From the NCBI GenBank assembly GCA_963716395.1, contig OY970309.1, forward strand, positions 3,136,001 through 3,200,000: a DNA stretch of 64,000 nt, read 5' to 3'. Below the pieces are notes generated by a model that saw only the letters and a list, made by a program, of their open reading frames with translations, searched no databases and had not been told where the DNA came from. This DNA comes from an uncultured Fibrobacteria bacterium (GTDB lineage: Bacteria; Fibrobacterota; Fibrobacteria; UBA11236). Made by a program: the position numbers and the translations under genes. Shown one piece after another: positions 58,453 to 64,000 of this stretch; position 1 is the first letter of the stretch, and each line of letters starts with the position of its first letter.

Positions 58453-59682
58453 GTGGCCGCAATTTTGCTCGCCGTGGCGGGGCCCACGGCCGCTCCTGTC
58501 TTTCCCACCTGGTACGCGCCGGGCTTGTATCCGGGCATTACTCCGGAGCAAAGCGATGTGGCACATGCCGCCATCAATCGCTTTTACAACGGCGACTTCC
58601 AGGGAGCAATCGCAGTATTGGATTCCCTGGCCCCGCGGGAAGAGCGCGACAGTCTTCCGCCGCTCAGTCAATTGCTGCTGGTCTCCATGGCCGAAACGCG
58701 TTTGCAACGCGATGAGGCGCAGACTCGGCAGGACTCGCTGGACTTGGGCGATCAAATCGATAATGCCGCCGCCGCAGGCCTGGCCGCCTGCCGCAACGGC
58801 GAACAGGCGCGTTATCCCGCCACCTGTCTTTTAATCGAAGGCGGCATTCGCGGCTTTCTGGCCACGCGTCAAATTCCCACCGATCCCATGCGGGCCCTGA
58901 ACGAAGGCTTGCATGCCCTGCACCTGTTGCAGCGGGCTTTGGAAAAAGATTCCCGGCTGCGCGACGCCTACCTAGGCGAAGGGATTTTTCAATGCACGGT
59001 GGCCAGCGCACCCCTGGTGGTACGGGCCGCCCTGAAGGTCATGGGCGTCGAAGTCAGCATGCCGCGGGGTATGGCCGCTCTGCGGCGCGCCGCCTATCGC
59101 GGGCAATACACTTCGGTGGCCAGCCAGTTTTTTTTGATTCAATTCCTGTCGCCGTTCAATGACGAACCCCGGAGCGAAAAAATCCGCATTTTCCGCACTC
59201 TCGAAAGCGTATTCCCCGAGTCGGCCTACCCCACCTTTCTGCGCTGGGACGAGGCCCTGTGCTTTTACCCAGACAGCTTTTATCAACCAGAGCGCCGCGC
59301 TGAATTGGAAGCACGCCTGCGCGCGGTGGTGGTCCGCGATGGTCCGGGCCGGGTTTACCGGAACCTGGTGAAATACCAATATTCGCTCTGCAATCCGGCA
59401 CCAACTCCGGAATTCGCACCCGACCCGGACACCGATCTCGACGAGTATTCCTATTACCCGATTTTCCTGGCGGCTCTGCGTCTGCGCCGCCAATTGCGCG
59501 ACAGCGCGGGTCCCGATTCATCACGTCCGGTGCGCTTACAGCGGATTCGGGTCCTGGAAGATTCGGCGTTGACTACGCTGGAAAATTCCGGCATGAATGC
59601 GTCGCAGCGCAATTTTTTTGCCTGGCATATCCACGATGCCTTGCGCGAAGAAATGTTGCGTCCGCCGCACCGGGCGGATTGA
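58453..59682 (+). CDS. exported helical-repeat (TPR/TTC39-like) hypothetical protein
   Basis: Signal-like N-terminus from GTG 58453; DAYLGEG...GMAALRRAA helical repeats. Confidence 0.65.
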   Translation: MAAILLAVAGPTAAPVFPTWYAPGLYPGITPEQSDVAHAAINRFYNGDFQGAIAVLDSLAPREERDSLPPLSQLLLVSMAETRLQRDEAQTRQDSLDLGDQIDNAAAAGLAACRNGEQARYPATCLLIEGGIRGFLATRQIPTDPMRALNEGLHALHLLQRALEKDSRLRDAYLGEGIFQCTVASAPLVVRAALKVMGVEVSMPRGMAALRRAAYRGQYTSVASQFFLIQFLSPFNDEPRSEKIRIFRTLESVFPESAYPTFLRWDEALCFYPDSFYQPERRAELEARLRAVVVRDGPGRVYRNLVKYQYSLCNPAPTPEFAPDPDTDLDEYSYYPIFLAALRLRRQLRDSAGPDSSRPVRLQRIRVLEDSALTTLENSGMNASQRNFFAWHIHDALREEMLRPPHRAD

Positions 59683-59711
59683 CGCGCTTCCCGCCACACG
59701 ACATACGCAGG

Positions 59712-61862
59712 TTACTGCGGCCGGGCCACGATCACATCGTAGGCCGTGGTGAAATCGCGCGGCGCGGCCGAGAGGTATTCCCCCACATGCGCGCAGAGCG
59801 TTTCCCATTCTGCGGCCTCCAAGGCGGCGCGCAAGGCCGCGAACGCACCCGAGTGCGCCGCCCGATCCAATCCGGCGCGAACCTGGGTGGGCGTCAGCCG
59901 GCGACGCTCGGCATAAGTCTTTTCCAGGCGGCGAACATTCCAGCCCGCTTGCGCTTCCCATTCCCTGGCGAGTCTCTGACCCGGTCCGAGGGCGGCTGGC
60001 GTTGCGAGCGACAAAGCTTTGACGCGCATCGCTTGGGGGGCTTGCGACAGCCATTCGTTCCAGGGCCATTCCGCTTCCCGGCGCCAGGCCAACACCCATA
60101 CGGCCCGGCGGGCGACGGTGCGGTGCAAGGCCTCGACCCATTCCCAAGACGGCGGTGTGATTTGCAATCCCAAAAGGGCGTCGAAGTTCGGCGCTTCGGA
60201 ACCGAACGCGCCGGGTTCCGCCAGTCCCGGCAACGAACACACCCACGCTTGCGGTTGGCCCATGGCATCGAGACGCTGCGCCCAGGCTGCGAATTCGGCT
60301 TGTTCCGCTTCACTCTCACAACGGCACCACACTCCGCCTTCAAGACAACGGCGCAAGGCCTCCCAGGCCAGAAAACCGTGATGACCTCCGAGATCCAACA
60401 CCAAAGACTCACGCCGCAAAGCCGCGGCCTCGCATAGGTCGTCGCGCAGGCGGCGCAAGGCTTCGCTTCCCGTTTCCGCGGTGCGCAGCCAGTCGCCCTC
60501 GCGGGCCGCCACAGCCCCCGGGCTGTTGGGTGGCACGGCCCATTGGGCTTCGCGGCGGCGCAACACCTCGGCGCGCACGCCGCTTTCATAGCCCAGGCGG
60601 CCCGGTTCGTAAAAGGCGCGGCCGCGCAGCCCCGCGGGCAGGTATTGCTGCGCCACCCAATGATCGCGAAAGGCATGCGGATACAAATACCCTTGGCCAT
60701 GCCCCAAATCGGCGTCGCGGCTTTTGTCTTTGAGCGCGTCGGGCACTTCGCCGATGCGTTCGCGGCGTACGGTTTCCAAGGCGTCGAAATAGGCCAGGGC
60801 GCTGTTGCTTTTCGGCGCCGTGGCCAAATACAAACAGGCCTCGGCCAAATGGAATTGGCCTTCGGGCAATCCCACGTAGTCGAACGCCGCGGCCGCCGAC
60901 ATCACCACTGCCAGGGCCCGGGGGTCGGCGAGGCCCACGTCTTCGGCGGCGAGAATGACCATGCGCCGGAACAAAAAACGCGGGTCTTCCCCGGCCTCCA
61001 CCATTTTGGCCAGCCAATACAAGGCCGCGTCGGGATCGGAACCGCGCACGGCTTTGATGAACGCCGAGATGGTGTCGTAATGCGCGTCGCCGTCTTTGTC
61101 GTAGAGCACGGCCTTGCGCTGAATGCTTTCTTCGGCCACGGCCAAGGTGATGTGGCGCGCTCCGCCAGCGTCGGGCGCCGTGGTTTCCACTGCCAACTCC
61201 AGTGCATTCAAGGCGCTGCGTGCGTCGCCTTGCGCCATGCGCACCAGATGCTCCAAAGCGCCGGGTTCCGCCTGCACGCGCAGCTTGCCGTAGCCGCGGT
61301 CCGCATCGCGCAAGGCGTTGTCCACAGCGCGCCGCACGTCGGCGTCTTCCAGCGCGCGCAATTGAAAGATGCGCGAGCGCGACACCAAGGCCTTGTTCAC
61401 CTCGAAGTACGGATTCTCGGTGGTGGCGCCGATCAGAATCAAGGTGCCGTTTTCCACATGTGGCAGCAACGCGTCTTGCTGCGCCTTGTTGAAGCGGTGC
61501 ACTTCGTCGACGAACAACAAGGTACCGCGGCCGTGCAGGCGCCGCGCTTCCAGCGCCGAATCCAGAGCGGCGCGAATATCCTTGACGCCGGCCAGCACCG
61601 CGTTGATGGCCAGAAATTGCGCTTGGGTGGTGTTGGCGATGATGCGGGCCAGGGTGGTTTTGCCCGTGCCCGGCGGGCCGGAAAAAATCACCGAGGTGAT
61701 GCGGTCGGCCTGGATGGCGCGGCGCAACAAGCGGCCCGGACCGAGAATGTGTTCCTGGCCCACGAATTCATCGAGGGTGCGGGGGCGCATGCGTTCGGCC
61801 AAAGGCGGTGTTCCCGCTGTGCCGGCGGTGAATAAATCCTCGGAGCGGAAGCCGACGGCCAT
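59712..61862 (-). CDS. rarA: replication-associated recombination protein RarA/MgsA fused to a degenerate methyltransferase-like domain
   Basis: PLAERMRP, GPPGTGKT, DEVHRFNK, GATTENP, HYDTISAFIK, EDVGLADP; extra C-terminal VLDLGG-xxG domain. Confidence 0.95.
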   Translation of the reverse strand: MAVGFRSEDLFTAGTAGTPPLAERMRPRTLDEFVGQEHILGPGRLLRRAIQADRITSVIFSGPPGTGKTTLARIIANTTQAQFLAINAVLAGVKDIRAALDSALEARRLHGRGTLLFVDEVHRFNKAQQDALLPHVENGTLILIGATTENPYFEVNKALVSRSRIFQLRALEDADVRRAVDNALRDADRGYGKLRVQAEPGALEHLVRMAQGDARSALNALELAVETTAPDAGGARHITLAVAEESIQRKAVLYDKDGDAHYDTISAFIKAVRGSDPDAALYWLAKMVEAGEDPRFLFRRMVILAAEDVGLADPRALAVVMSAAAAFDYVGLPEGQFHLAEACLYLATAPKSNSALAYFDALETVRRERIGEVPDALKDKSRDADLGHGQGYLYPHAFRDHWVAQQYLPAGLRGRAFYEPGRLGYESGVRAEVLRRREAQWAVPPNSPGAVAAREGDWLRTAETGSEALRRLRDDLCEAAALRRESLVLDLGGHHGFLAWEALRRCLEGGVWCRCESEAEQAEFAAWAQRLDAMGQPQAWVCSLPGLAEPGAFGSEAPNFDALLGLQITPPSWEWVEALHRTVARRAVWVLAWRREAEWPWNEWLSQAPQAMRVKALSLATPAALGPGQRLAREWEAQAGWNVRRLEKTYAERRRLTPTQVRAGLDRAAHSGAFAALRAALEAAEWETLCAHVGEYLSAAPRDFTTAYDVIVARPQ

Positions 61863-61915
61863 ACTGCGAAGGATAGCAAGCGCCCCCAAGGCCCGCGACG
61901 TGGTATTTTAAGGGC

Positions 61916-62446
61916 ATGTTCCCAATACGCGTGGTGGCGGTGATTCTCGTCTTCGGCTCGCTGTCCGCAGCCCAGGCGCCTTCGCGCAATGAAAGGCGTG
62001 AGAACGTGGTGCGCACCGAATATTTGAAACTCACGGCCGACCTGCATGTGCCCGTCATTACGCCCGAAAAATTGAAAAAGGAATTGGACGACCCCAATTT
62101 GGTGCTGGTGGACGTGCGCCAACCCGCCGAACAAAAGGTTTCGATGCTACCGCATGCCTTCACGACTTTTCAATTCGCACAACGCTTCCATTACGGCTTC
62201 CCCAAGGACAAACACATCGTCACCTATTGCACCATCGGCAACCGCGCCGGGAAGTACGCCGAAGAATTGCTGGCCAAAGGCCTGCCCGTGCAAAACCTCG
62301 AATACGGTCTCTTGGGCTGGACGCATGTGGAGGGCCCTTTGGTCACGCGCGACAGCGCCGGCGCCTGGGTGCCGACCAAAAAGGTGCATGTCTTTTCTCA
62401 GGACATGCACAATTGGATTGCGCTCGACTACCAAGCCGTGTGGTGA
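61916..62446 (+). CDS. exported rhodanese-like protein
   Basis: Signal peptide, LVDVR, YCTIGNRA active loop, NLEYGLLGW. Confidence 0.9.
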   Translation: MFPIRVVAVILVFGSLSAAQAPSRNERRENVVRTEYLKLTADLHVPVITPEKLKKELDDPNLVLVDVRQPAEQKVSMLPHAFTTFQFAQRFHYGFPKDKHIVTYCTIGNRAGKYAEELLAKGLPVQNLEYGLLGWTHVEGPLVTRDSAGAWVPTKKVHVFSQDMHNWIALDYQAVW

Positions 62447-62458
62447 CAGGACATGCCG

Positions 62459-63211
62459 TCACCGTCTCGGCCGCGGATCGACCCGGTGATAGTAACCCAG
62501 GCGATACCGGGCCGCCATGCGTACCGCGCAGAATCCATAGCGCAGCGGGTTGAGATAGGAGCGTTCGCCGGCGTAGCGCGCGGGAATGGGCAACTCGTCG
62601 ATGCGCAGCCCCAGGGCCGCGGCGCAGGCGATGACTTCGAGGTCGAAATCGAAATATCCGCTGAGTTTTTCGAAGGGAATGTTCCGCAAGGCCCGCCGGC
62701 CATAGAGCAGAAAGCCCGAATGCGGATCGGTCAGCCGATGCCCCAGGCAGCGGTTTTCCACCCAGGTCAGCGCTTTGCCCGCCACCACTTTATACCGCGG
62801 CATGCCGCCCGCGCGGGGATGGCCGGCAAGATGGCGCGACCCCTGCAACAGATCCAGGCGGTTCTGCAGCATGTGATCCGCGAACCCGCCGATGCGTTCG
62901 GGAGGATATTGCCCGTCAGCATGCAAACACACCGCGATCTCGCAGCCGGCTTCCCGGCATACGCCCAATCCCCGGCGCACAGCCAGGCCGTAGCCCTGGT
63001 TGCGCGCCGAGGTATGCACCTGGATTTTGGGCATGGCTGCGGCCAGCGCCTGCGCGCGCTCCGCAGTTTGATCGGCGCTGCCGTCGTCGATGACGGCTAC
63101 CACCTTCAGGCGCGGCCAAAGATCGACGGGAATGCGGGCCAGCACGGCCGGTAACGTGCTTTCCGCGTTGTACGCAGGAATGAATATTCCCAGCGACGGC
63201 TCCGGGTTCAT
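62459..63211 (-). CDS. GT2 glycosyltransferase (DPM1-like)
   Basis: IPAYNAE, IDDGSAD, NQGYG, HADGQY, GSR, TD-xHSGF. Confidence 0.93.
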   Translation of the reverse strand: MNPEPSLGIFIPAYNAESTLPAVLARIPVDLWPRLKVVAVIDDGSADQTAERAQALAAAMPKIQVHTSARNQGYGLAVRRGLGVCREAGCEIAVCLHADGQYPPERIGGFADHMLQNRLDLLQGSRHLAGHPRAGGMPRYKVVAGKALTWVENRCLGHRLTDPHSGFLLYGRRALRNIPFEKLSGYFDFDLEVIACAAALGLRIDELPIPARYAGERSYLNPLRYGFCAVRMAARYRLGYYHRVDPRPRR

Positions 63212-64000
63212 GCCGCCGCCTCGACGGGTGCCGTTTCGGCGTCCCGGGCCGTTTTTTCCATCTGCACGATTTCCGTGAATCCGCGCGGCACGAATCCCAA
63301 ATCATCCCGGGCCGCCTGAATATCCGGAGCGGCGTCGTACAGCAAGCCATGCAGGCTCTGGCGCGAGGCCCAAGACAGGCGCCTGCCCCGCAGGCGCGAC
63401 AGCATTTCCGCGGCCCAGGCCGAGGCGCGCAACAGTTTTTCCGGAACCGGCAGCACGGCTTTGACCCGTCCCCGGTTGCGTAACACGGCGGCGGCCATGG
63501 CGGCCAAGGTGACGACTTCGGAACCGCCCAGGGCATAGGTTTTTCCTCGGCAACGCGCCTCGTCCGGAATGCGGATCAACGCCCGGCACAGGTCTTCGAC
63601 ATGCACCGGCCGCTTGCGCGCACCGCCGCGTCGCGGCAAGGGCAAAACCGGCCAACGCAGCACCGCGGCGGCGAAGGCCCGGTATTCCTCGCCGCCGCCC
63701 CGGCCATCGAGCACCAGGCAGGGACGCACGATGGTCCACGGCAATGCCGAATCACGAACCAGGGTTTCAGCTGCGGCCTTGGACGCCGAATACGCGTTGT
63801 GCTCGGGATAGGTCACGGAGATGGAACTGATGAAAATGAAATGCGTCACGCTGACGATGTGCGCGGCGGCCAAAGTGAGGCGCGTGCCTTCGGTGTTGAC
63901 GCGGTGAAAACGCGCGGGATCTTCGGGCGAGGCCAACACCGCCGCCAGGTGAAAAACGGTATGCACCCCGCGCATGGCTGCCGCCAAATCCGCCGGGTGC
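63208..64000 (-). CDS. NAD-dependent epimerase/dehydratase (5' end outside window)
   Basis: VFHLAA, VNTEGT, YSASK catalytic motif, PVHVEDL. Confidence 0.88.
   Translation of the reverse strand, partial: HPADLAAAMRGVHTVFHLAAVLASPEDPARFHRVNTEGTRLTLAAAHIVSVTHFIFISSISVTYPEHNAYSASKAAAETLVRDSALPWTIVRPCLVLDGRGGGEEYRAFAAAVLRWPVLPLPRRGGARKRPVHVEDLCRALIRIPDEARCRGKTYALGGSEVVTLAAMAAAVLRNRGRVKAVLPVPEKLLRASAWAAEMLSRLRGRRLSWASRQSLHGLLYDAAPDIQAARDDLGFVPRGFTEIVQMEKTARDAETAPVEAAA

Overview
GC-rich bacterial chromosomal window of about 52 genes. The gene content (rpoZ-coaBC-udg-dnaB order, secreted proteins with T9SS-like C-terminal domains, a GH11 xylanase, a PorV/TraF-like barrel) suggests an FCB-group organism such as Fibrobacterota; this taxonomy is inference. 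Left part (1-25.7 kb): housekeeping genes (tRNA-Ser(GGA), rpoZ, coaBC, a degenerate family-4 UDG, dnaB, mlaEF, radA, tgt, birA, pyrB, the prkA-yeaH-spoVR triad, dapL) mixed with secreted and outer-membrane proteins. Middle (25.8-40.9 kb): a surface-glycosylation island with two giant multidomain glycosyl/methyl-transferases (about 1320 and 1695 aa), an orphan pseB and an AT-richer pair of unknown genes, the first carrying a BFD-like [2Fe-2S] motif. Right part (41-64 kb): sppA, a LysM lytic transglycosylase, a very acidic microprotein, a flagellar-type signalling run (TPR protein, FlgN-like, FleS/FleR-like, histidine kinase, diguanylate cyclase, TPR-TonB/AgmX-C protein), serA, TauE, YihY, rarA fusion, rhodanese, GT2 and an epimerase. 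No CRISPR array, rRNA, integrase or transposase was seen. The most notable observations are the [2Fe-2S] gene pair in the glycan island, a recurring leaderless-promoter pattern (TAnnnT 6-7 nt before ATG), a probably inactive UDG coupled to dnaB, nested REP-in-REP palindromes, a 20-codon BrnT toxin scar and a frameshifted outer-membrane protein gene.
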